The notes beneath the pieces were generated by a model. The model was not told the origin of the DNA. It ran no database searches and saw only the letters and a list, made by a program, of their open reading frames with translations. Of a stretch of 64,000 nucleotides of DNA, positions 40,801 through 49,400 are shown one piece after another (within the stretch, counting starts at the first letter, position 1; each line of letters starts with the position of its first letter). The DNA is from an uncultured delta proteobacterium (lineage in GTDB: Bacteria > Desulfobacterota > RBG-13-43-22). The position numbers and the translations under genes were made by a program. The stretch is taken from assembly GCA_963790475.1 (NCBI GenBank), contig CAWBOS010000010.1, positions 1,312,001 through 1,376,000 of the forward strand, in the 5' to 3' direction.

Positions 40801-41198
40801 GGTTTCATTTGACCCTAAGTATGATTCATGGCGATTCAGGCAAGTTGGAAGAGGCCAGGGTCCAGGCCGAGCAGGGACTGAACTTAGCCCAAACGACCCA
40901 TGAAGAAATGAATGAAGGGATATTATGGCTTGCTCTGGGCAGGGCCATTGGAAAACTGGAGAAGGTCCAATTTGATATGGCGGAAGAGTATATCCATAAG
41001 GGAATGAAGATTTTGGATGAACTGAAGATCAAACCCTCTTTTTCCATTGGTCCTCTCTACCTCGGAGAGCTTTATGCCGATGCCGGTCAGAAAGAAAAAG
41101 CCCTGGAAAACCTGGAAAAGGCCGAGACCATGTTTCGGGAGATGGGCATGGATTATTGGCTGGCCAAGGCGCAGGAGGCACTGGCCCTACTCACCTAA
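37830..41198 (+). CDS. STAND protein 6: DZR + class III cyclase + STAND ATPase + TPR
   Basis: 4 CxxC; VMFAD, EFRGDG, DYTAMGDTTNLAAR; GEAGVGKS, IEDLHW, AGNPLF, FRHAL. Confidence 0.92.
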   Translation: MKCPKCRTENPELRKFCKECGTKLLLVCPNCHFENAPGDKFCGECGHDLSQPKEASPLDYSAPQSYTPRHLAEKILTHRSDLEGERKIVTVMFADVAGFTSLSEKLDPEEVHRIMDGCCRILVDEIHRCEGTVGEFRGDGVMALFGAPIAHEDHAQRACHAALAIQQALVPYGREIQRRYGMDFKIRMGLNSGMVVVGSIGDDLRMDYTAMGDTTNLAARMETSARPGGVLVSNNIYRQTKEFFEFSSSESLQVKGKQEPVEAYQLLRPSQVHTRIAASTAKGLTRFMGRSREMETLSEAFEKVGSGEGQVVGIVGEAGVGKSRLLLEFRHLLPKGYWYFEGQCLHYGGAMPYLPMLDVLRSFLDVKEGEQEHVVRQKLKERILGLDENLRPIIPPIQELLSLQVDDQAYARLEPKQKREKTFEAIRDLLIRGSQDRPLILTIEDLHWIDKTSEEFLSYMIGWLPRTRILLLLLYRPEYTHQWGNKSYYQRIGLEQLTTNTSAELVGAILDGDVVPELRDLILTRAAGNPLFMEELTYNLLDNGTIQKKDNHFILAQDVSRLQVPDTIQGIIAARMDRLEESLKRIMQVAAVIGREFAFRILETILEMKEGLKSGLVNLQGLEFIYEKNLFPEMEYIFRHALVQEVAYNSLLIARRKEIHEKIGQAIEELYPKRLEEFYEMLAYHYSRSDNHDRACRFLKLSGIKSIRNHSLWEAFRFFQEALSFLKKMPQTEGNKREQVEVILLMAVPTRLLAYPENSFEFLREGERLVKGQGIGDGKNRASLNYFTGMYYSVKGNHLLARKYQEDSFADAEKLQDIEIMAPVTHGLCVAYLMEGEHEKIVNKAPRTIALLEKTHRESDFFRSTANIYAMLQAHYGESLACLGEFRAAEPICEKALSFAQGLNHFFTIAMVESLFGALFMVKGDGEKAVKHFQGEIEYLEKSQTALYLPLAWGSLGHGYYLVGELTSALKCTEKAFKMQQDIGIPFFLSWFHLTLSMIHGDSGKLEEARVQAEQGLNLAQTTHEEMNEGILWLALGRAIGKLEKVQFDMAEEYIHKGMKILDELKIKPSFSIGPLYLGELYADAGQKEKALENLEKAETMFREMGMDYWLAKAQEALALLT

Positions 41199-41209
41199 TG
41201 CATCGAGCA

Positions 41210-41319
41210 ATGTTTCAGCGCAGTCGCAAAGTACATCGAGAGAATCATTCTGTCCCGCCCAGTGAGAGGAGGGATAGAAGTTCTTCTTCGCGTTCTTGGC
41301 GCCTTTGCGGTGAAAACAT
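41210..41319. repeat. Twin-hairpin-family element, copy C (single hairpin)
   Basis: atgtttcagcgca...tgcggtgaaaacat ends; shares agtcgcaaag with copy B, gagaatcatt with copy A, and a TGAGAGG loop. Confidence 0.6.
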
Positions 41320-41330
41320 GCGGTTTGACC

Positions 41331-41831
41331 TTACCTCCCGCAATCGCTCGCATCCCCTTTGATCTTATCCAGGGCGTGGGGAATGGCCGGCAAGATCACC
41401 GGCATCATCTCTTCAATGGCTTTTAGACCACCGGGAAGATTAACGATCAAGGTCTCTCTTCTGATGCCCACCTTTCCTCGGGAAAGTTGGGCCAAGGGGG
41501 TATGCTTCAACCCTTCCAGCCGCATGGCTTCGGCCATGCCGGGAATCTCCCGTTCGATGACCCGTTCAGTGGCTTCGGGAGTGATGTCCCTCGGACTTAA
41601 ACCGGTTCCACCGGTGGTGAAAATAAGGTCCAATTTTATCCGGTCGGACCAATCCACCAGGGTGTCTATTATCGAGGGGATCTCATCAGGGACAACTGCT
41701 GTAGTTTGAACTTCAAAAAGATCGGCAGGAAGAAGGCTCCGGATCCTGGGACCGCCTTCATCGGCCCGCAAACCCTGAGATCCCCTGTCGCTGATGGTTA
41801 AGATGCCTACTTTAATCGGTTCAAGGTTCAA
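41331..41831 (-). CDS. mogA: Molybdopterin adenylyltransferase MogA/MoaB
   Basis: ILTISD, VVPDE, TTGGTGLSPRDITPEAT, IVNLPG. Confidence 0.9.
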   Translation of the reverse strand: MNLEPIKVGILTISDRGSQGLRADEGGPRIRSLLPADLFEVQTTAVVPDEIPSIIDTLVDWSDRIKLDLIFTTGGTGLSPRDITPEATERVIEREIPGMAEAMRLEGLKHTPLAQLSRGKVGIRRETLIVNLPGGLKAIEEMMPVILPAIPHALDKIKGDASDCGR

Positions 41832-41940
41832 GGTTTAAGGTCCCCCAAGAAGGTTCAAGGTGCAGGGATAAAGAATAACGGTGTAAGGTCCACGGTTCAC
41901 GGTAAAACCGTAAACCTTACACCTTATACCTCGAACCTTT
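41818..41940. repeat. Degenerate 7-mer tract (GGTTCAA/GGTnnAn) with inverted copy
   Basis: ggttcaaggttcaaggtttaagg...ggtgtaaggtccacggttcacggt / accgtaaaccttacaccttatacctcgaacc. Confidence 0.65.
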
Positions 41941-41943
41941 CTT

Positions 41944-44026
41944 TTATTCCTCCAGCGCCGCCTTGGCTTCCTGGATCACTTTCTCGCTCATATATGCCGG
42001 GATCTCTTCATAATGAGAAAACTCGGACTGGAAAGAACCCCGGCCCTGGGTCATGGCCGTCAGGTCCGGGGCATATTTGGCCACTTCGGACATGGGCACC
42101 TGGGCTTGAATGACCTGATAGTTCCCCATGGAATCCACGCCCAGGACTTTTCCTCTACGGCTGTTCAAATCCCCGATGACATCCCCCATGCTCTCATCCG
42201 GCACAGTTACGGTAACCTTGACGATCGGTTCCAGCATAACCGGCTGGGCCTGCTGGATTCCCTTCTTGAAGGCCATGGAAGCGGCGATTTTGAAGGCCAT
42301 TTCCGAAGAATCGACTTCGTGGGATTTGCCGTCATAAAACCGAACCTTGAAATCCACCACCGGATACCCGGCCAATACCCCGTTTTGCATGGCCTCGGTA
42401 ATGCCTTTTTCCACAGCCGGGACAAAATTCCGGGGGACATTCATCCCTACCAGGGCATCCTGAAATTCAAATCCCTTGCCTCGCTCCTGCGGAAAGACAT
42501 CAATATGGACCTCAGCGAACTGACCACGGCCTCCGGTTTGTTTCTTGTGCCGATAGATAATTCCTTTGGCTGATTGACGGATGGTTTCCAGATAGGGAAT
42601 TTTGGGGGCCTTCAGGATCACTTCAACACCGAACTTTCTTTTTACTTTCTCGATGGTTGTTTCCACGTGAACCTGACCCATGCCCGAGAGAATGATCTGC
42701 TTCGTCTGAGAATCCCGATCCAGACGCAGGGTAGGATCTTCTTCCATAAGACGGGTCAAGGAGGAAAAAACCTTATCTTCTTCGCCCTTATTTTTGGCTT
42801 CGATGGCATAAGAAATGACCGTTGAAGAAGGTGGTGTAAAGGGGAAAATGATCGGATCTTTCTCATCGGCCAGGCTATCGCCGGTGACGGTCTCTTTCAA
42901 TTTGGATACGGCCAAGATACATCCCGGATATCCGGCCGGTATCGGTTTTTGGGTTTTCCCTTCCAGAGCAAATAACTGTCCGAACCGTTCCCGAACCCCC
43001 TTGTTGACATTATAGAAACCGGAATCGGCGGTGATTTCTCCTGAAAAAACCCGAAAAATGGTTAACCGGCCGGCATAAGGATCGGCCAGCGTTTTAAAGG
43101 CCAGGGCGGAAAAAGGCGATTCTATCGAAGGCTCTTTACTTTTTTCCTCTTTAGTCTTGGGATCCTGACCGATCTGGGCCCCGCGATCCAAAGGCGAAGG
43201 TAAAGCTGCGTTAATGGCCTCCAAGAGCATATCGGTCCCGATATTTTTCAGGGCCGAACCGCAGAAGACCGGCGTAAAGGTCCTCAGCAATACCCCTTTT
43301 CGAAGCCCGATGGCCAGCTCTTCAGAGGACAATTCCTGACCTTCGAGAAATTTCTCCAGCAGGGCGTCATCGGCCTCGGCCAAATGTTCGATCAGATTAT
43401 CCCGGGAGGTCTGAATTTCATCGGCCATCTCCTGAGGCAAAGGGATCTCTTTCCCTTCTCCCTGGGACCCCGAATACTCGAAAGCCTTTTTATTCAAAAG
43501 AGAAACCACACCGCTGAAAGTATCGCCCGTTCCAATCGGCAACGTCATCGGCACGGCCCTGGTTTTCAACAAGTTCTGGATGGAGGTCAGGGTTTTTTGG
43601 AAGTCGGCCCGTTCTCTATCCAATTTATTAATAAAGATAAGACAAGGTATGCCCTGCTTTTCAGCCGCCATCCAGATGCGTTCGGTTTGGACCTTCACCC
43701 CGTCTATGGCATCGACTACCACTACCAATCCATCCAGGACCTGGAGACAGGCAAAGGTATCGGCAATGAAATTTTCATCTCCGGGGGTATCAGCCAAAAA
43801 AACCTTGTGTTTCTTCCAGTCATAATGATGGAAGGCTGTATTGATGGTCAGGTGGCGTTTCAGTTCTTCGGGCTCAAAATCCAGGACTGACGAGCCGTCA
43901 TCCACCTTCCCCAGTCGATCGATGGTCCTGGTGGTAAACAACAGGGCTTCCCCCAGGGAGGTTTTACCCGCTCCGCTGTGGGCCACCAGGCCTATGAGTT
44001 CTGATCCGCTCAAGATTCTTTTCCAT
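41944..44026 (-). CDS. fusA: Elongation factor G paralogue (EF-G2 type); true start probably the ATG at 44026 with a 1 bp insertion near 43996
   Basis: AHSGAGKT, NKLD, KKQTGGRGQF, DGKSHEVDSSEMAF, GDLNSRRG; GAGGT-ATG MEKNLERIRT joins IGLVAH if one C is removed. Confidence 0.9.
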
Positions 44027-44111
44027 ACCTCAATCCTTTCCCCCGGTACTGACAAATGATGCTTTACTTACCTCAATAGGTCAACAAAAGTCAAGAGATT
44101 TAACATAAGGA

Positions 44112-44210
44112 AAGGGTTCGAGCTTTCAAGGGTTCGAGGATTCAAGGGTTTTAATTTCCATGCCTTTCACCCCGCCAGGCGGTCCTTAAACCCTTGACCT
44201 TTGAATCTCA
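44112..44210. repeat. 8-mer tract element (GGATTCAA/GGGTTCGA), homologous to 51595-51686
   Basis: Shared core ttcaagggtttta..ttccat.cctttcac.cc...ccctt g...ttgaatc. Confidence 0.65.
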
Positions 44211-44337
44211 AACCATCCCCAACTCTTTTGGAGAAGATTCAAAATATTTTTTCTTGACAACTATAAATTTACTAACATATTGTAAACATAAAAAATAATG
44301 TTTTCACTTCTTTTAAATCCAGCCAAGGAGGTAGGTT

Positions 44338-45540
44338 ATGAGTCGAGTAAGGTTATTTGGGGTGCTAAGTCTGATTTTTATTTTTTTGGGAACATTATCT
44401 GGTCCTGTTCCAGCAAAGGCCGCTGAACCTATTAAAGTGGGAATTATTCTTCCTCTGACCGGCGGACAGGCCGCTTTTGGAGAAATTGAGAAAAATTCAT
44501 TTATCATGGCCTTTAACGAAATTCAGAAGGCCGGCGGGGTGAGAGGTGAGAAAATCGAATTAATATTCGAAGATGATACCGGTAAACCCGATATCGCCAG
44601 AGCGGCCGCGGAAAAACTCATCTCCAAGGACAAGGTGGTCCTGTTAGGGGGGGGTTATGGAAGTTCGGAAACCCGGGCCATAGCGGGGGTAGCTCAGCAA
44701 AATAAGATGCCTTTTCTGATCAACACCGGCTCCGCCGATATTATCACCGAGCAAGGCTGGAATTATGTTTTCCGTCTGAATCCTCCGGTAAGTGAGTATG
44801 CCGAGGCAGCGGAAACCTTCTTGAAGGATGTGGCCAAGCCCAAGACGGCGGTCATACTTTTTGAAAATTCCCTGTTCGGGACCAGCGGGTCCAAAGAGTT
44901 TGAAAAATCCTGCCAGGATTTGGGGATTCATGTTCTCCTTAAGGAAGGATATGAAAAAGGCGCCGTTGACTTTAAACCCCTTTTGATAAAAGTAAAATCG
45001 GCAAATCCTGACCTTATCTACATGATCTCTTATATCATGGACGCTTCTTTGCTTATACGGCAGTCTATGGAACTGGACCTCAACCCCAAGCTCTTTATGG
45101 GAGGGGGGGCGGGGTTTACCCTTCCGGAATTTTATCAAAATGCCGGTAAGGCGGCCGAAGGAGTTTTCTCAGCCACATTATGGATCCCCTCCCTTCCCTT
45201 CCCCGGGGCCATGGCTTATTTCAACAATTATAAAAAGCTACACGGAAAAGATACCGAATACCATGGGGCTGAAGCCTACTCGGCCATGTTTGTGATCGCC
45301 GATGTCTTAAAAAGGGCCAAATCTTTTTCACATGATGATATCCGTCAGGCCCTGGCGACTACCGACATGAAGACCGCCTTTGGCAGAGTCAAATTTATTT
45401 CCTATGGAAAAAAAACCAACCAGAACAAGCTGGCCACTTATTTAGTTCAATGGAACAAAGGAAAGTTGGAATGTGTCTGGCCCAAGGAATTCGCCACCAC
45501 CAAATACCTGTTCCCTCACAAACCATGGAAACAACGTTAG
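44338..45540 (+). CDS. livK: Branched-chain amino acid ABC transporter substrate-binding protein
   Basis: Signal peptide, IKVGIILPLTG, EDDTGKP; first gene of a liv operon. Confidence 0.85.
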   Translation: MSRVRLFGVLSLIFIFLGTLSGPVPAKAAEPIKVGIILPLTGGQAAFGEIEKNSFIMAFNEIQKAGGVRGEKIELIFEDDTGKPDIARAAAEKLISKDKVVLLGGGYGSSETRAIAGVAQQNKMPFLINTGSADIITEQGWNYVFRLNPPVSEYAEAAETFLKDVAKPKTAVILFENSLFGTSGSKEFEKSCQDLGIHVLLKEGYEKGAVDFKPLLIKVKSANPDLIYMISYIMDASLLIRQSMELDLNPKLFMGGGAGFTLPEFYQNAGKAAEGVFSATLWIPSLPFPGAMAYFNNYKKLHGKDTEYHGAEAYSAMFVIADVLKRAKSFSHDDIRQALATTDMKTAFGRVKFISYGKKTNQNKLATYLVQWNKGKLECVWPKEFATTKYLFPHKPWKQR

Positions 45541-45616
45541 CCTTAATTATAGGGCAGGCCGATCAAGCGGTCTGCCCCTCGAAGGAAATGGATCTTTAGT
45601 ACGAAAATAACCTTGT

Positions 45617-45733
45617 CCACCCCCACCCCTTCCCCTGCCGCCCCGCAGGCCCCTCCGAGGCCTGCGGCGAGACCATTCGACGAGCTCATGTCGAGTCGCT
45701 CAGACGGGCCGGGGAGGGTGAGGGAGGGGGGAG
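45617..45733. repeat. Composite GC-rich palindromic element after livK
   Basis: ccacccccacccct...ccgcaggcc/ggcctgcgg...ttcgacgagctcatgtcga...ggggagggtgagggagggggg. Confidence 0.5.
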
Positions 45734-45790
45734 GATTTTCATGCTTTGTTGCTCCCTATAAAGGCATGAAAGTTTAGTGAGGAAAGGCCT

Positions 45791-46666
45791 ATGCTCGTCT
45801 TTATCCAGACCCTGGTAGCCGGGGTTTTGATCGGTGGTCTTTATGCCTTAATCGGTATAGGAATGACGCTCATCATGGGTGTTATGGGAATCATTAATCT
45901 GGCTCATGGCCAGATTATGATGGTCTCGATGTACATCACTCTGGTTTGTTTTAAATATCTGGGGATGGACCCGTACCTTTCGCTCATTGTGACTATGCCG
46001 GCCCTTTTCATCATCGCTTTCTATATCGGCAAATATCTTCTGGTTCCTTTGATAGGCCGGGATACCATCCTCCCCGAGAACCAAGTGTTGATGACCGTAG
46101 GAATTGGAATTTGTTTTACGGAAATTATGCGGTTTATCTTTACCTCCAACTATCAGTCGGTCCGAACCGGGTATTCCAACAAGGCCTTTTATCTGCAGGG
46201 CGTTTCTTTCAGCCTTCCTTTAATCATCGCCTTTTTTATCGCCATTGCCATTACGGTCCTTCTCTTCCTTCTCCTGATGAAGACCGATATCGGACGGGCG
46301 ATTCGGGCCACAGCGCAGGATAAAGAAGCCGCCGTGCTGATGGGAATCCCTCAACGAAAGATCACTTACGCTACTTACGGTCTGGGGGCGGCCTTAACCG
46401 CAGCCGCCGGCTCTTTGCTCTTGCCGATCTATTATCTTTTTCCCGATCTGGGGGGTGATTTCACCTTAAAGGCCTTTATCATAACCATCCTGGGGGGACT
46501 TGGGAGCACGGTAGGAGCCATTCTGGGTGGACTCACTTTAGGAATCGCGGAGTCCTTGGGAGCCTCCTATATCTCTATGGGCTACAAAGACGCAGTCGGG
46601 ATGGTCATTTTTCTTCTGGTTCTTATCTTTATCCCCGGCGGCTTGAAAAGGTTTACGAAAATATGA
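45791..46666 (+). CDS. livH: BCAA ABC transporter permease
   Basis: YALIGIG.TL..G...[22 protein letters not shown]...ILGGLGS. Confidence 0.88.
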   Translation: MLVFIQTLVAGVLIGGLYALIGIGMTLIMGVMGIINLAHGQIMMVSMYITLVCFKYLGMDPYLSLIVTMPALFIIAFYIGKYLLVPLIGRDTILPENQVLMTVGIGICFTEIMRFIFTSNYQSVRTGYSNKAFYLQGVSFSLPLIIAFFIAIAITVLLFLLLMKTDIGRAIRATAQDKEAAVLMGIPQRKITYATYGLGAALTAAAGSLLLPIYYLFPDLGGDFTLKAFIITILGGLGSTVGAILGGLTLGIAESLGASYISMGYKDAVGMVIFLLVLIFIPGGLKRFTKI

Positions 46667-46709
46667 AACGAAAATAGATCTCTTATTATGCTAAGACCGG
46701 ATGGTTCTC

Positions 46710-46789
46710 CGTCATGCCGGACCTGATCCGGCATCCAGGGATTTGAGGCTTAGATAATAACCTGGATTCCGGCTTCCGTCGGAATGACG
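46710..46789. repeat. REP-like doublet, GTCAT family
   Basis: cgtcatgccggacctgatccggcatccag ... ctggattccggcttccgtcggaatgacg. Confidence 0.75.
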
Positions 46790-46909
46790 ATCTAACTCTT
46801 TGTTTATGAATTATTTTCATGATTCGTGGTTTCGCGCCCATAGACGTGACCTGAGGGTTTGGTGTGAGAAACAAAGTTTAATGGCCTATGCTTAAAAGGA
46901 GATGATCTG

Positions 46910-47860
46910 ATGAAAGGACTTAAAGCCCTAATCTTTTTTTTAATAGCCGGGATCTTGCCTTTGATCATTAAACAGGATTATTATCTCCATCTTTTAATCC
47001 TGGTTTTGATGTGGGTCATTATAGGCTCCTGCTGGAACCTGATCGCCGGTTATACCGGTCAGGTCTCCTTTGGACAAGCCGCCTTTTTCGGTATAGGGGC
47101 TTATACGGCCGGTATCTTACATACCAAATTAGAACTTTCAACTTGGTGGGGCCTAGCCTTTGGAGGATGGACGGCTGTAATCTTGGGCCTGATCATTGGC
47201 TACCTTTGTTTTCGTTTGAGAGGTCCTTATTTTGCTCTGGCCACTTTAGCCAGTGGAGAAATATTAAGACTGATTGCCAATAACTGGGTAAACTTTACCG
47301 AGGGTATGGTCGGGATCATGACCCTGCAAACTTTTTCCAGCAAACTTCCCTATTATTATCTGGTATTGGGTCTGGCGACCCTCTGTCTTGGGGTCATCTA
47401 TTTGGTTATGCACTCCAAATGGGGTTATTATTTTGTCTCCATACGGGAAGACCAGGACGCGGCTGAATCTCTGGGGATCAACGCCACACTCTACAAAAAC
47501 ATCTCCTTGGCCATCAGCTCCTTTTTTACCGGGACGGTGGGAGCGTTTTATATGAATTATATGGGCTTCATCGATCCTTCGGTGGTTTTTGCTCTCCATG
47601 ATATTTCCATACAAGCCATTCTGGTAGGTATTATCGGCGGTGTCGGCACCCTCTGGGGCCCGGCCATTGGTGCTTTGGTAATGGTTGGAATACAGGAACT
47701 CTTCCGAACATCCATCTTCGGCCTGGCCCCCCATTGGATCAGTCAAGGCCACGCGATGGCCTTCGGACTTTTGGTGGTTCTAACCATCCTTTTCATGTCT
47801 AATGGGGTCGTGGGTGATTGGGGCAAGATCAAAAAGATTTTTCTCAGAAAGGCCGTATAG
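46910..47860 (+). CDS. livM: BCAA ABC transporter permease
   Basis: WNLIAGYTGQVSFGQAAFFGIGAY, RLRGPYFALATL, IREDQDAAESLG. Confidence 0.88.
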   Translation: MKGLKALIFFLIAGILPLIIKQDYYLHLLILVLMWVIIGSCWNLIAGYTGQVSFGQAAFFGIGAYTAGILHTKLELSTWWGLAFGGWTAVILGLIIGYLCFRLRGPYFALATLASGEILRLIANNWVNFTEGMVGIMTLQTFSSKLPYYYLVLGLATLCLGVIYLVMHSKWGYYFVSIREDQDAAESLGINATLYKNISLAISSFFTGTVGAFYMNYMGFIDPSVVFALHDISIQAILVGIIGGVGTLWGPAIGALVMVGIQELFRTSIFGLAPHWISQGHAMAFGLLVVLTILFMSNGVVGDWGKIKKIFLRKAV

Positions 47861-47868
47861 GAGGACTC

Positions 47869-48591
47869 ATGCCTATCTTCGAATCCCAAGACGTAGTCAA
47901 GTATTTTGGAGGGTTGGCTGCCGTAAACGGGGTTAGTTTTCAGGTGGAGGAGGGAGAAATCTTCGGTCTCATCGGTCCCAATGGTTCAGGGAAGACCACG
48001 GTCTTTAATTTAATCAACAACTACTTCCCCTTGACTTCAGGAGATTTCAGGTTATTCGGCAAAAGCATCAAGGGAATGAAAACCCATAAAATCTGCCACC
48101 TGGGTATTGCCCGAACATTCCAGGTCGTCAAACCCCTGGCCCGGATGACCGTCCTCGAGAATGTTACCGCCTCGGCTTTTTGCCGGGTGAATACAATAAA
48201 AGAGGCCCAAAATTTGGCCATGGAGACTATCGAATTTTGCGGCCTTTCCGGTTATAAAGATCAATCGGCTAAAGGGTTACCGATCGGAATGCGTAAACGG
48301 TTGGAGATCACCCGGGCCCTGGCTACTCAGCCCAAATTATTATTATTAGATGAAACCGCAGCCGGGCTTACCCCCAAAGAGGTGGACATGGCCATTGAAT
48401 TGATAAAAGAGATCAACCGACGCGGGGTAACCATCATTGTCATCGAACATATCATGAAGGTCATCATGACCATTTCCAACCGTATCTTAGCCATCAACCA
48501 AGGCGAACCCATTGCCACCGGGACCCCTGAAGTAATTGCCCAAAATCCACAGGTCATAGAGGCATATTTGGGGGAGGACACCCATGCTTAA
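47869..48591 (+). CDS. livG: BCAA ABC transporter ATPase
   Basis: FGGLAAV, GPNGSGKT, GIARTFQ, LLLLDE, VIEAYLG; ATG at 47869 after GGAGGA. Confidence 0.9.
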   Translation: MPIFESQDVVKYFGGLAAVNGVSFQVEEGEIFGLIGPNGSGKTTVFNLINNYFPLTSGDFRLFGKSIKGMKTHKICHLGIARTFQVVKPLARMTVLENVTASAFCRVNTIKEAQNLAMETIEFCGLSGYKDQSAKGLPIGMRKRLEITRALATQPKLLLLDETAAGLTPKEVDMAIELIKEINRRGVTIIVIEHIMKVIMTISNRILAINQGEPIATGTPEVIAQNPQVIEAYLGEDTHA

Positions 48592-49288
48592 AATTAATCA
48601 CTTGGATGTTTCTTACGGGGATGTTCAGGTCCTTTGGGATGTCTCCTTCGAGGTCCGGGAAAATGAAATTCTCGTTTTGATCGGAGCCAACGGGGCCGGT
48701 AAATCGACCACCCTTCGAAGCATTTCCGGGCTTCTGGTCCCTTCGAAAGGGTCCATTGAATTTAAAGGAACCCGATTGGACCAGATCTCGAATCATAAGG
48801 TTGTTGAACTCGGGGTCGCCCATGTCCCGGAAGGCCGTCGTCTCTTCCCGGAAATGACTGTTGAGGAAAATCTGATTATGGGGTCATTAAACGCCAAGGC
48901 CAAAGTCAAACGTCAGGAAACGCTCAAAGAAGTTTTTCGCCTCTTCCCCCGATTAGAAGAACGTCGGAAGCAATATGCCCGAACTTTGAGCGGAGGAGAA
49001 CAACAGATGTGTGCTATCGGCCGGGGGTTGATGGCCCTGCCGGAACTCTTGCTCTTTGATGAACCTTCTCTCGGGTTGTCACCCATCCTGGTGCAGGAGA
49101 TCTTCCATACTATTGAAAGGATAAATCAGGAAGGCGTAACCGTGTTATTGGTTGAACAAAACGTCAAACATACCCTGTCTATCTGCCATCGCGCCTACGT
49201 CCTGGAAAACGGCCGGATTGTTTTGGAAGGGACCGGAGGGGAACTTCTCAATAATCCTCATGTCAAGGAAGCCTATCTGGGAATATAA
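48584..49288 (+). CDS. livF: BCAA ABC transporter ATPase
   Basis: GANGAGKS, VPEGRRLF, LSGGEQQM, DEPSLGL, LVEQN. Confidence 0.9.
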   Translation: MLKINHLDVSYGDVQVLWDVSFEVRENEILVLIGANGAGKSTTLRSISGLLVPSKGSIEFKGTRLDQISNHKVVELGVAHVPEGRRLFPEMTVEENLIMGSLNAKAKVKRQETLKEVFRLFPRLEERRKQYARTLSGGEQQMCAIGRGLMALPELLLFDEPSLGLSPILVQEIFHTIERINQEGVTVLLVEQNVKHTLSICHRAYVLENGRIVLEGTGGELLNNPHVKEAYLGI

Positions 49289-49292
49289 AATC

Positions 49293-49396
49293 AAGCTGAT
49301 AGCTCTTAGCTCAAAGCTGAAAGGTCTAAAAAGAAACATGAATATCAGGAAAGCTCAAAGGAAGGGCATTTCCTATGAGCTACGAGCTATTAGCTA
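49293..49396. repeat. Degenerate AGCTnAn 7-mer tract with inverted copy
   Basis: aagctgatagctcttagctcaaagctgaaag ... ctatgagctacgagctattagct. Confidence 0.6.
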
Positions 49397-49400
49397 ATTT

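Noticed and set aside
12315-41198. Diversity-generating retroelement acting on the TPR tails
   Set aside because: No reverse transcriptase; the near-identical repeat covers the cyclase and its mismatches are mostly synonymous, not adenine-specific
12315-41198. Canonical Pycsar, CBASS or Avs system
   Set aside because: No cNMP-binding, TIR or other recognised effector partner, no CD-NTase motif and no nuclease/Sir2 N-termini; only the general architecture is shared
11316-41319. Integron cassette array (co-oriented genes with reversed TA modules)
   Set aside because: No integrase and no repeated attC-like RYYYAAC...GTTRRRY hairpins; the GCCTAAC at 25061 has no proper partner
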